DNA of 64,000 bases. It comes from Rickettsiales bacterium (GTDB taxonomy: Bacteria > Pseudomonadota > Alphaproteobacteria > Rickettsiales > UBA3002). Every line of letters begins with the position of its first letter. Position 1 is the stretch's first letter. The stretch covers positions 102-64,101 of the forward strand of contig JBJXEM010000004.1 of NCBI GenBank assembly GCA_046154225.1, written 5' to 3'. This document shows positions 7,945 to 16,350 of this stretch, one piece after another. The notes beneath the pieces were generated by a model. The model saw only the letters and a program-made list of their open reading frames with translations. It was not told where the DNA came from and did no database searches. The position numbers and the translations under genes are program-made.

Positions 7945-8463
7945 ATGCATCAGCCACTCATCCTCCCCTATCACGGCATTCTGCCCACCATCCATCCGGA
8001 TGCGTGGATCGCGCCGGGCGCGGTGGTGATTGGCGATGTGCATATCGGCGCGTTTTCCAATGTGTGGTTCGGCTGCGTGATTCGCGGTGATGTCAACACC
8101 ATCCGCATCGGCGAACGGACGAATATCCAAGACGGCACTATCGTGCATGTCACCCGTAAAACGGGGCCCACCAGCATCGGTTCCGGCATCACTATCGGCC
8201 ATCAGGCCCTCATTCACGCAGCCACGTTGATGGACGATTGTTTCATCGGCATGGGCGCGACCATCATCGACGGGGTGGTGGTGGAATCCGGCGCTTTTGT
8301 AGCCGCAGGGGCCGTCGTCACCCCCCATAAACGCGTGCCCACGGGCCAAATGTGGGGCGGCAACCCCGCTAAATACATGCGCGACCTGAAGCCCGAGGAA
8401 GCCGCGTTCATCTCCGTCAGCGCCCAGAATTATGTTGATTTATCTAGGGAATATAGGGTATAG
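7945..8463 (+). CDS. gamma-class carbonic anhydrase family protein (hexapeptide-repeat, YrdA/PaaY-like)
   Basis: The sequence reads IHPDAWIAPGAVVIGDVHIG..SNVWFGCVIRGD...IRIGERTNIQDG, a left-handed beta-helix pattern. Confidence 0.85.
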   Translation: MHQPLILPYHGILPTIHPDAWIAPGAVVIGDVHIGAFSNVWFGCVIRGDVNTIRIGERTNIQDGTIVHVTRKTGPTSIGSGITIGHQALIHAATLMDDCFIGMGATIIDGVVVESGAFVAAGAVVTPHKRVPTGQMWGGNPAKYMRDLKPEEAAFISVSAQNYVDLSREYRV

Positions 8464-8563
8464 GGTTTAGGGTATAGGGTATATAGTATAGGGTATTATT
8501 TATATAGTTTGGCCTCAATATAAAGCCATTTCTAAACCCTAAACCCTAAACCCTAACCCCTAT
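8445..8563. repeat. inverted heptanucleotide arrays (H2, unit T(A/T)TAGGG / CCCTAAA)
   Basis: Six units TATAGGG/TTTAGGG lie at 8452-8496. They face TAAACCC x3 plus TAACCCC (8533-8563) across an AT-rich spacer. Confidence 0.85.
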
Positions 8564-8635
8564 CTTCACCAAACCTTCACACTCCGCACCCGCTTAACCG
8601 GCTAGAATTAACGTGGATAATTCTTATGGGGACGC

Positions 8636-9643
8636 ATGCCGTTCGTGGATGACATTGGTGGATTTTTGCGCTGGCTGAAAGCCTATGCACTGGGCCGCGG
8701 CTTGCTGTCGACTGCGACGCTGGTTGCAACCGGCATCAGCGCAGCGCTCGGCTTTGGCATTATCATCCCGGCGGCAGTGGTGGCGGGCGGCGGTGCGGTG
8801 CTCAGCATTTTCAGCCGCATGACGCGCCAGAGCATTTACGAAGACCAGATGGTCGAACTCTACCGCGACGACATCGCGCTCGAGCTGGGCAAAGCCCCCG
8901 CCGACATCACCCGTGCGGATTTGAAAGAAGCCGCGAAAAGCAACGAAGTGCTCGAGCAGGCACTGGAGCGGCAGAAAAGCAAAACCCGCATTTCCATCGG
9001 CACGGCGCTGCTTTCGGCCGCCACTACCTTTGGCCTCGTCTATTTCTTCGGTGCAGCGGGTGGGCTGCACGACATGGCCGTGGGCGCGCTTGGCAAAGGT
9101 TTTGGGTTTGCGGCCAACCTTGTCGGCATCGGTACGGTGTCGGGCCTCACTAACCTTGTGCTGCATGACGGGCTACAAGCGGCCATCGGTTACAAAACCG
9201 GCGTCAGCAAGGCCGCGGCACACGACATGATTCTGGCCATCACCTACAATTTGCAGCGCGGCCATGGCGTCAGCGCCACACAGGTCTATGGTGTGCTGGT
9301 GGCAGGCGATCCGGCGCTCCGCCGCCGCATTGCGCAGCAATTCGGGCGCGACTACGCCAGCCTGCCGCCCTCCGTGCAGAGCAAAGTATTGGAGAAAATT
9401 GGCGTCGACGAAGTAATGCAGCAACTGGCCGACGACATCAACCACGGGGCCAGCCCCGGCCACCTCGCCTACCTCATCGGCGAGACTTTTCACGCGGCAC
9501 GCCCCGTGGCCAGTAATGATGAAGAACCTACCCGCACCAGCTTTGTCGAGCGGCTGGGCCTCGCGCCCCGCCACGCAACCACGCATGCCGAGCGGACGGA
9601 TGCCGCGCGCAGCAACGCACAAACCGCTGCGGGCATTGTCTGA
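8636..9643 (+). CDS. hypothetical membrane protein
   Basis: The 335-aa ORF has several Gly/Ala-rich hydrophobic segments. I recognise no family. Confidence 0.5.
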   Translation: MPFVDDIGGFLRWLKAYALGRGLLSTATLVATGISAALGFGIIIPAAVVAGGGAVLSIFSRMTRQSIYEDQMVELYRDDIALELGKAPADITRADLKEAAKSNEVLEQALERQKSKTRISIGTALLSAATTFGLVYFFGAAGGLHDMAVGALGKGFGFAANLVGIGTVSGLTNLVLHDGLQAAIGYKTGVSKAAAHDMILAITYNLQRGHGVSATQVYGVLVAGDPALRRRIAQQFGRDYASLPPSVQSKVLEKIGVDEVMQQLADDINHGASPGHLAYLIGETFHAARPVASNDEEPTRTSFVERLGLAPRHATTHAERTDAARSNAQTAAGIV

Positions 9644-10114
9644 TTATTCAGTAAACTTAAAACCCATGCCACCCAAAAATGCCTCGACGCCGCGGGCTTC
9701 GTGGCCAAGCGGCATGATGCATTGGCGGTAGAGCACGCGGCGGCCATGGGCGGTGGTGAATTCACCCTCATCGAGCACCGGCATCTGGGTTTCCATCACC
9801 CGCACGAATCGGCCTGAAAGCATGCTCGCGTTGGTGCTGACCAAAAAGCTTGAGCAATCATCGAGCTGGTTATCGCGGTAGGCGTCGACGATGGTTTTAC
9901 CAAGATAGGTGAAATTGTAATCCGTCGTGTTGGCCAAGTCACGTGTTTGCAGCACAAAGCAGCGTTCCCAGTCGGCACCCAGCACGTCGGGGTCGATGTC
10001 GTTTTCCTCGGGCATGGCGCGCTCGCCGCGGCATTCGTGCCAATAGCGCAGCAGGCGCTGCGCAAGGCGGCGCTCACCGTAGGGGTAGCGTTGGGAATTC
10101 TGAACAGTCATCAT
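9644..10114 (-). CDS. PAS_5 (DUF1457)-like PAS domain protein
   Basis: RLLRYWHECRGERAMPEENDIDPDVLG...CFVLQ matches the pattern of small alphaproteobacterial PAS_5 proteins. The start is taken at the MM at 10114/10111. Confidence 0.6.
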   Translation of the reverse strand: MMTVQNSQRYPYGERRLAQRLLRYWHECRGERAMPEENDIDPDVLGADWERCFVLQTRDLANTTDYNFTYLGKTIVDAYRDNQLDDCSSFLVSTNASMLSGRFVRVMETQMPVLDEGEFTTAHGRRVLYRQCIMPLGHEARGVEAFLGGMGFKFTE

Positions 10115-10295
10115 CACGGTGTGACGGGCCGACTGCGATGCGTCAAGTACCCGCTTAGGCTTTAGTGCGCACCGTTGCCATGCACCAGACGCAAGACCGC
10201 CCTGTTTCGAGCGGGAGCACAAAATTGTAGCGCCTACAGGCTGATGTGCTATTGCCTAGGCGAATTTGCATAAACCCCGTTTGAAAGTGCGCGCA

Positions 10296-10928
10296 ATGTT
10301 GCTGCAAAGACTCCTCCCCCAGGACAAAGTGTTCAACCAGAGCCTGTTCGAGATGGCGAAAATCGCCCATCAGAGCTGCCTGTCGCTGAGAACGTTGTTC
10401 GTCACCCGCGACGAGGCCGAAATCGCCCTACATTCGAAAAATATCCTTGAGGCGAAAAACCGCTCCAAACAAACCTTCGAAGCGATGACCACGGCGCTGT
10501 GCAACAGTTTCATCACGCCTTACGACCGCGAGGACATGCAGGAATTGGCCACCACGCTCTATAAAATCCCCAAACGCGCCAACAAAATCAAAAGCCGTGT
10601 CCTCGCCTACGATATCGCCCAGCACCGCGACAGTTTCCTGGTGTTTGTCGACATCGCACTGGAACAGGCAGCCGCGCTCAACCAGGTGGTCGAGGATTTC
10701 AACCAGCACCGCATGATGCGCGTGAACGAGGTGTGCCAGCGTATCCACGACCTCGAGGACAAAAGCGACGAGCTGCTCGCGCATCACCTCACTGCGCTGT
10801 CGGACGAGCAGATTGCGGTCAAGGATTTCATCCTGATGAAAAATATTTTCGACCTGCTGGAAAAAATGACCGACGCCTTCCGCGACGCCAGCGATGTCGC
10901 GCTGCGTATCATCCTAAAACACTCATAG
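10296..10928 (+). CDS. DUF47 (PhoU-like) family protein paired with Pit
   Basis: The protein is helical and about 210 aa, and lies immediately upstream of a PiT transporter, the classic DUF47-Pit pair. The start is taken at MLLQRLLP. Confidence 0.75.
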   Translation: MLLQRLLPQDKVFNQSLFEMAKIAHQSCLSLRTLFVTRDEAEIALHSKNILEAKNRSKQTFEAMTTALCNSFITPYDREDMQELATTLYKIPKRANKIKSRVLAYDIAQHRDSFLVFVDIALEQAAALNQVVEDFNQHRMMRVNEVCQRIHDLEDKSDELLAHHLTALSDEQIAVKDFILMKNIFDLLEKMTDAFRDASDVALRIILKHS

Positions 10929-10931
10929 GCC

Positions 10932-11936
10932 ATGCTGGAACCCGCTTTCATCCTGCTGGTGGTCGTGGTCGTGCTGGCGTTGGTGTTCGATTTCGTCAAT
11001 GGCTTCCACGATGCCGCAAATGCCATCGCGACGGTGGTCGCCACCCGTGCGCTGAGCACGCGCAACGCCGTTATCTTTGGGGCAACGCTGAATTTCGTTG
11101 GCGCCCTGCTCGGCACTGAAGTCGCCGCCACGATCGGTAGCGGGCTCGTGGAACAGACGCAGGTAACGATGCCGATTGTGGTGTGCACGCTCGTTTCGGC
11201 CATCGGCTGGAATCTGTTCACCTGGTATAAGGGACTACCAAGTAGCTCATCGCACGCCTTGATTGGCTCGCTGCTCGGTGCGGCGTATTTCGGCGATGCG
11301 GCGGGCAGTGGCGCGGTGCAATGGCATAATTTCTGGACGAAAGTGGTCGAGCCCATGCTGTTCTCGCCCGTCATCGGCTTCGTCTTCGCGTTTGCGCTGA
11401 TGTTCGGCCTCACCTGGCTGGTGCATCGTATGGCAGTCACGCGCATCAACCGCATTTTCGGTAAGCTGCAGATTTTCTCGGCCGGGGTCATGGCGCTAAG
11501 CCACGGCCATAACGACGCCCAGAAATCGATGGGCATCATCGCGCTGGCGCTCGTCGTCTATCATCCGCAGGAAGTCTTTTCCGTGCCGCTATGGGTGATT
11601 GTATGCTGCGCGGTCGCCATGGCGCTCGGCACCATGATGGGCGGCTGGCGGATCATCCGCACGCTCGGCACCAAAATGCTGACACTCAGGCCCATCCATG
11701 GTTTTGCCGCCGAAACCACGTCGGCAGCGCTTATCATGGGTGCTTCGCAATTCGGTATTCCGCTCTCCACCACACAGGTCATCACCTCCACCATCATGGG
11801 CGTTGGGGCAACGAAGCGCTTGTCAGCCGTGCGCTGGCCGGTCGTGATTCAGATTGTCTGGGCATGGCTGCTCACGCTGCCCGTGACCTTTGCACTGGCA
11901 GGGTTTATCGCCTATGTCGCACGGGTGGCGCTGTAA
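10932..11936 (+). CDS. pitA: inorganic phosphate transporter, PiT family
   Basis: The sequence contains FDFVNGFHDAANAIATVV and a second GHNDAQK motif, typical of PiT. Confidence 0.9.
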   Translation: MLEPAFILLVVVVVLALVFDFVNGFHDAANAIATVVATRALSTRNAVIFGATLNFVGALLGTEVAATIGSGLVEQTQVTMPIVVCTLVSAIGWNLFTWYKGLPSSSSHALIGSLLGAAYFGDAAGSGAVQWHNFWTKVVEPMLFSPVIGFVFAFALMFGLTWLVHRMAVTRINRIFGKLQIFSAGVMALSHGHNDAQKSMGIIALALVVYHPQEVFSVPLWVIVCCAVAMALGTMMGGWRIIRTLGTKMLTLRPIHGFAAETTSAALIMGASQFGIPLSTTQVITSTIMGVGATKRLSAVRWPVVIQIVWAWLLTLPVTFALAGFIAYVARVAL

Positions 11937-11948
11937 GCCGCCACGGCT

Positions 11949-13346
11949 TCAACTCTCGTAAATCGGCAGGAACACGGTGAATTGCGTGCCCTCGCCCACC
12001 ACGGAATCGACCACAATCGCGCCCCGGTGGCGCTGGATGATGCCCTTCACGATGGCGAGGCCCAGCCCCGTGCCACCCACTTGTCGCGTGCGGGCGGAAT
12101 CGACGCGGTAGAAACGCTCCATCAGGCGCGGCAAATGTTGTTTGGGAATGCCCTCGCCCTGGTCGCGCACGGAAAACGCGACCACGCGCGTGAGGTTGCG
12201 CATGTTCAAATCCTGCGGCAGATCGGTGCTGATTTTGAGCGACACCGTCACATCGGAATCGGCGTAGCCGTATTTAATCGCGTTGCTGATGAGGTTGTGC
12301 GCGACTTGCGCCAGCTCGTTGCCCTCGCCCTTCACCTGCGGTAAATTGTCGTGGCTGTTCAGCACCAGCCGAACGTTTTTCTCACCCGCCATGCGTTTGA
12401 AATTCTCGACTTCACGCGCCACCACGCGGCCTAAATCCACCGGCTCGGTCGGCACGGCGTGCACGTTCATTTCAATTTTGCTCAAGCTCAATAAGTCGCC
12501 GATGAGCTGCTGCATACGGTCGGATTGTTCGAGCATGATTTTTAAAAACTCGATGCGTGCCGGTTCGTCGTCGCGCGCGGGCCCAAGCAGCGTTTCGACA
12601 AACCCCTTAATGCTGGCCAGCGGCGTGCGCAGTTCGTGGCTGGCGTTGGCCACGAAGTCGGCGCGCATTTGCTCCACCGATTTCAGCTCGGTAATGTCGT
12701 TCATGGTAATGACGGTGGAAATACCCCCCGCCGTCGGCACCGGAAACCGCTCGATGATGGCCAGAAAATCGCGCACTACCGGGTCTTCGATGCGAAATTC
12801 CACCTCGCGGCCCTTCAAATCCTGAATCACCGAACCCAGCGCATCGAGCAGCGAGGGACTCGCGATGACTTCTTTCAGTTGCCGCCCCGCAAGGTTCTGA
12901 CCAAAAATGGCCCGCGCGGCGCGGTTGGTGCGCACCACTTTTTTCTCGTCATTCACCATGATGAGAATGTCGGGCAGCGTATCGACCAGAATTTCGCGCT
13001 CGGTGATGATGGTTTCCATCTGTTTCTTTTTCACGTCCCAGCTCGACTGCAGGCGCTTCAACGCTTCCGACAATTCCGCTGCCGAACCGATGAAACTAAG
13101 GTCGGGCGCCGCCACCCGCTTATCCTGCGCGATTTCATTCACGTAATGCGTCAGCGTCGAAACGTTTGACAAAAATGGGTAAATCAGCAGCCCCGAAGCC
13201 ACAAAAATAATCGCGAACGCATACAGCATTTGCGACAGGCTGAGCATGCCTAAAATGACATACACACTGAGCACCAGCAGCACCGGGCTGGTGACCACCA
13301 GCACCGACTTGAGCAACGTATTAAACGGCACAGCAGTTTTTTGCAT
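11949..13346 (-). CDS. phoR: PAS-containing sensor histidine kinase, PhoR-like
   Basis: It has two N-terminal TM segments, a PAS domain, the H-box [13 protein letters not shown], and N/G boxes (NAIKY, DQGEGI, GGTGLGLAI). Confidence 0.7.
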   Translation of the reverse strand: MQKTAVPFNTLLKSVLVVTSPVLLVLSVYVILGMLSLSQMLYAFAIIFVASGLLIYPFLSNVSTLTHYVNEIAQDKRVAAPDLSFIGSAAELSEALKRLQSSWDVKKKQMETIITEREILVDTLPDILIMVNDEKKVVRTNRAARAIFGQNLAGRQLKEVIASPSLLDALGSVIQDLKGREVEFRIEDPVVRDFLAIIERFPVPTAGGISTVITMNDITELKSVEQMRADFVANASHELRTPLASIKGFVETLLGPARDDEPARIEFLKIMLEQSDRMQQLIGDLLSLSKIEMNVHAVPTEPVDLGRVVAREVENFKRMAGEKNVRLVLNSHDNLPQVKGEGNELAQVAHNLISNAIKYGYADSDVTVSLKISTDLPQDLNMRNLTRVVAFSVRDQGEGIPKQHLPRLMERFYRVDSARTRQVGGTGLGLAIVKGIIQRHRGAIVVDSVVGEGTQFTVFLPIYES

Positions 13347-13411
13347 GGCACTGATTGAGCGGAATTACCGCGCGATTGCAAGTAATGAACGCACTATCTA
13401 TGGGCACACCC

Positions 13412-13526
13412 GTCATCCTGAATTTATTTCAGGATCCATCGAAGCGCCGTCTGGCGCTGATAGTCTTCTAATAGGTTATTCGGCAAAGACTTGCCGGGAT
13501 GGATCCTGAAACAAGTTCAGGATGAC
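13412..13526. repeat. double-hairpin GTCAT...ATGAC element (E2), no gene
   Basis: GTCATCCTGAATTTATTTCAGGATCC ... GGATCCTGAAACAAGTTCAGGATGAC. The ends match E1 and the centre differs. Confidence 0.8.
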
Positions 13527-13582
13527 GCCGAAGCATAGTTTTTCCCCAAGAAACTGCCGTTTAGCACCCGTTATGTTTACTA

Positions 13583-13610
13583 TTGACAGGGGCCGGGCCT
13601 TAAGTATAGT
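13583..13610 (+). promoter_or_regulatory. candidate promoter for rplU-rpmA
   Basis: TTGACA (13583-13588), a 16-nt spacer, then TATAGT (13605-13610), about 38 nt upstream of rplU. Confidence 0.45.
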
Positions 13611-13647
13611 CCCGCCTCCTTTTTAACCAGAACAAAAAGAGTACATC

Positions 13648-14112
13648 ATGTACGCAGTAGTAGTTACCGGTGGCAAGCAATACCGGGTCACCGCGGGTGA
13701 CACGATTGAAGTTGAAAAACTCGAAGGCGCAGCCGGCGACAGCGTGAAGCTGGAACAAGTGTTGGCCGTAACCGGCGACCGCCCGATGATTGGCACCCCG
13801 CATGTTTCAGGCGCTTTTGTGGAAGCCCAGATTGTGGCCCAAGGCAAAGGCGATAAAGTTCTGATTTTCAAGAAAAAACGCCGTCACAACTACCGCCGCA
13901 AAAACGGCCACCGCCAGATGATCACTACCTTGTTCATCACCGGCGTGTCGCTTGGCGGTAAGTCGCTCGCCGCGGCCACCCCGAAAACGCTGACCGCGAA
14001 AGCGGCCGCACCCGTGGTGAAAGCCCCGGCGAAAAAAGCAGCTGCCCCGAAAGCGGCGGCTGAAAAGAAAACCGCAACGAAGAGACCTGCGGCGAAGAAG
14101 GCCGCGAAATAG
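13648..14112 (+). CDS. rplU: 50S ribosomal protein L21 with Ala/Lys/Pro-rich C-terminal tail
   Basis: [18 protein letters not shown] is a canonical L21 N-terminus. The C-terminal ~55 aa are a [18 protein letters not shown]-type tail. Confidence 0.9.
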   Translation: MYAVVVTGGKQYRVTAGDTIEVEKLEGAAGDSVKLEQVLAVTGDRPMIGTPHVSGAFVEAQIVAQGKGDKVLIFKKKRRHNYRRKNGHRQMITTLFITGVSLGGKSLAAATPKTLTAKAAAPVVKAPAKKAAAPKAAAEKKTATKRPAAKKAAK

Positions 14113-14180
14113 TTATTCGTTGTTCGTTGCTCGTTGTCCGCAGGACAGAACGAATAACGAACAACCAGAAACGAGAAACG
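14112..14180. repeat. inverted heptanucleotide arrays (H3, unit GTTNTTC)
   Basis: GTTATTC GTTGTTC GTTGCTC GTTGTCC, then gcag, then GACAGAA CGAATAA CGAACAA CCAGAAA CGAGAAA. The array fills the rplU-rpmA spacer. Confidence 0.8.
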
Positions 14181-14190
14181 GAGTTTAGTC

Positions 14191-14448
14191 ATGGCACATA
14201 AAAAAGCAGGCGGATCATCGCGCAACGGTCGCGACTCAGCGGGTCAGCGCCTCGGCGTGAAAAAATTCGGTGGCGAGCAAGTGGTGGCCGGTAACATCAT
14301 CATTCGTCAGCGTGGCACCACCTATCACCCGGGCCTCGGCGTGGGTTTGGGCCGCGATTACACCATCTTCGCCGTGATCGACGGCGTGGTGAAGTTCAGC
14401 AAAAAAGCCGGCGACAAAAATGTCGTGAGCGTGGTTGCTGCGGCGTAG
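14191..14448 (+). CDS. rpmA: 50S ribosomal protein L27
   Basis: [24 protein letters not shown] is a canonical L27 sequence. GGAG lies upstream. Confidence 0.95.
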   Translation: MAHKKAGGSSRNGRDSAGQRLGVKKFGGEQVVAGNIIIRQRGTTYHPGLGVGLGRDYTIFAVIDGVVKFSKKAGDKNVVSVVAAA

Positions 14449-14451
14449 ACC

Positions 14452-14540
14452 TGCCATCCCCGCGCAGGCGGGGATCCAGCCCTAAGCGTATCTCGCGGCG
14501 CCGACGCGCCGTACTGGATTCCCGCCTGCGCGGGAATGAC
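14452..14540. repeat. double-hairpin element (E3), no gene
   Basis: CCATCCCCGCGCAGGCGGGGATCC ... GGATTCCCGCCTGCGCGGGAATGAC. The right hairpin has the form ATTCCC-N8-GGGAAT. Confidence 0.75.
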
Positions 14541-14548
14541 AAAAAACG

Positions 14549-14575
14549 AAAAGCCGCTTTACGCGGCTTTTTTTC
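14549..14575. terminator. bidirectional stem-loop terminator between rpmA and the GT9 gene
   Basis: GCCGC (14553-57) pairs with GCGGC (14563-67), flanked by an A run and a T run. It overlaps the GT9 stop codon. Confidence 0.5.
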
Positions 14576-15533
14576 TACCCGCGAGAAACGCCGTCGTCGC
14601 CTGCATGACGGTATCCACCGCAAGCGACTGCATCATATTCGCTTCCGGCTCACGTACCCGCCGCGCCACCAGCTCCTGATGGCTCTCCGGCGTGCGCACC
14701 ACCACACTATGCTCGCCCCACGGCGCATACACCGCCTCATTCCCCGGCCCGAATAGGCCCACCGTTGGCGTGCCCATGGCCCCGGCCAAATGCATCAGGC
14801 CCGAATCGTTGCCCACGAATAACTGGCAGCGCCTGATGCAGGCCGCCGCCACCAGCATGTCGTGGCCCAGCGTGTCGAGGGTGCGTTCGGGCGGCAGTTT
14901 GGTGAGTAACGCCATCACTTTTTCACGCTCGTGCGGGGCGGCGATGACCAGCACGCAACCGCCCGCCAATGGGCCGCTCGGGGCTGTCAGGCGCTCGGCC
15001 AGTTCGGCGAATTTTTCAATCGGCCATTCTTTGCCTGCCCAGTTGGCAATCGGCCCCATGGCGACAATCGGGCGGCCCTCGGCGCGGGCCAGAAGCTGCG
15101 CGGCCGCCCCTTCCGCCGCCGCATCCAGCCAGATGCGCGGGGTGGGCGGCATGTGGGCCAGCCCCAGACACGCCGCGTTATCGACGATTTTATGCCGCCC
15201 CGAAGGCGGTTGCAAAAAGGCCCGCCGCCGCGCGCGAATGAGTCGCGAAACGGCACTGTTGCGCAGATCGACCACCATGTCCCAGCGCGTGCCCACGGTC
15301 ATTTTCCACAAATCGACCCAGTGGCCTTTGCGGCGTTTTTTCTTGAGGACGATAAGGCGCGCGAGCCGCGGCACGGCGCGGAATAAATCACGGGCTGCAG
15401 GCCCGCACACCACGGTAAACTGTGCCTCGGGCCGCGTATCAACCAAATGCGCCAGCACGCCCGCCGACATCACCGCATCGCCAATACTGTTGCTGGTGAT
15501 AAAGAGAATACGCTGTGTGCGAGCTGTAGCCAT
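14559..15533 (-). CDS. glycosyltransferase family 9 (heptosyltransferase-like)
   Basis: The sequence contains RILFITSNSIGDAVM and ...FVGNDSGLMHLAGAMGTPTVGLFGP, GT9 hallmarks. The start is taken at MATARTQ. Confidence 0.8.
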   Translation of the reverse strand: MATARTQRILFITSNSIGDAVMSAGVLAHLVDTRPEAQFTVVCGPAARDLFRAVPRLARLIVLKKKRRKGHWVDLWKMTVGTRWDMVVDLRNSAVSRLIRARRRAFLQPPSGRHKIVDNAACLGLAHMPPTPRIWLDAAAEGAAAQLLARAEGRPIVAMGPIANWAGKEWPIEKFAELAERLTAPSGPLAGGCVLVIAAPHEREKVMALLTKLPPERTLDTLGHDMLVAAACIRRCQLFVGNDSGLMHLAGAMGTPTVGLFGPGNEAVYAPWGEHSVVVRTPESHQELVARRVREPEANMMQSLAVDTVMQATTAFLAGRKKAA

Positions 15534-15609
15534 CAGCCAAAACCTAACCGCGAACGGCGCGAAGTTCAAGCGACGGCTGCAGCGTAAGCTCCCGCAAACA
15601 AAATAACGC

Positions 15610-15637
15610 AAAAGGGAGCCGCAGCACTCCCTTTTTA
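15610..15637 (-). terminator. stem-loop after the low-GC orphan gene
   Basis: GGGAG (15614-18) pairs with CTCCC (15627-31), flanked by A and T runs. Confidence 0.4.
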
Positions 15638-16213
15638 TTATCTTACACGCAGCCCATTTCCAGTGCCGGTAACTAAATCTACAAATGTAGCTTCTTGCTC
15701 TACAGGTTGGCGTTTATTTTGCTCTACCACCGGAATCTTGTCCTTCTCATTTGGCGTAAGTGCATTCACGCATAAAATAAGGTCGTTCAGCGTGCCAAAC
15801 GTCACTGCATGCTCATCGACTGTAGGCACTTTAGTCAGCTCATCGCGATGGAGTGCTAATCCTGCTCCAGCAATCGCGCCAAGTACACGTTCGCGGCGAC
15901 CTGTTAATTCTTGATTGGCTTCAACGTTTTTATAGAGCAGTTCGCCTTTGCTGTTAATGATAGGTAGAGTGCCACCTGTAACACTAACTTGAACATCACC
16001 TTCACGCGTACCCACAATGCTGATGGCCCCGGAATGCCCATCATAGCCGAATGTAAAATTATCAAAACACGCGCTGCCCGAGGGATCTATTTCATTAGCA
16101 ATTGCAATAATGCGATCATGAAGTTCACGACGAAGTTCTCTAGGAATCATTGCTTCCGCATCGTGAGCAGAAATGAATTTTCGCTTTTCGCCTGATTCAG
16201 TTTCTGATGTCAT
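15638..16213 (-). CDS. hypothetical protein (low-GC orphan)
   Basis: The 191-aa ORF has no motif I recognise. GC is clearly below that of the flanking genes. Confidence 0.5.
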   Translation of the reverse strand: MTSETESGEKRKFISAHDAEAMIPRELRRELHDRIIAIANEIDPSGSACFDNFTFGYDGHSGAISIVGTREGDVQVSVTGGTLPIINSKGELLYKNVEANQELTGRRERVLGAIAGAGLALHRDELTKVPTVDEHAVTFGTLNDLILCVNALTPNEKDKIPVVEQNKRQPVEQEATFVDLVTGTGNGLRVR

Positions 16214-16350
16214 AAGGCACTCCTATGCTGGTAATTCATTTTACCCATAGAACATATATTTGTGTTTGAATGTGACGATTATGTGACATCTGTTGGCATC
16301 TGGGGCGCTTTACCCTTTTGTTTTCCCTTATTTTCCTCTATGCAGCGCCC

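Noticed and set aside
7868-8563. I considered whether the regularly spaced short repeats (heptamer arrays) could be CRISPR arrays.
   Set aside because: The units are 7 bp and directly tandem, with no unique spacers. The arrays are under 60 bp and no cas genes are present. This is not CRISPR architecture.
8533-8563. The (CCCTAAA)n tract raised the possibility of a telomere or linear-replicon end.
   Set aside because: The tract has only about 4 units, is paired with an inverted array, and is flanked on both sides by ordinary chromosomal genes. It is one member of the heptamer family that happens to match the plant telomere unit.
10115-10295. I looked for a Pho box upstream of the DUF47-pit operon, which sits next to a PhoR-like kinase.
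   Set aside because: I looked for tandem CTGTCAT-like direct repeats with 11-bp spacing and found none convincing. No phoB gene is adjacent.
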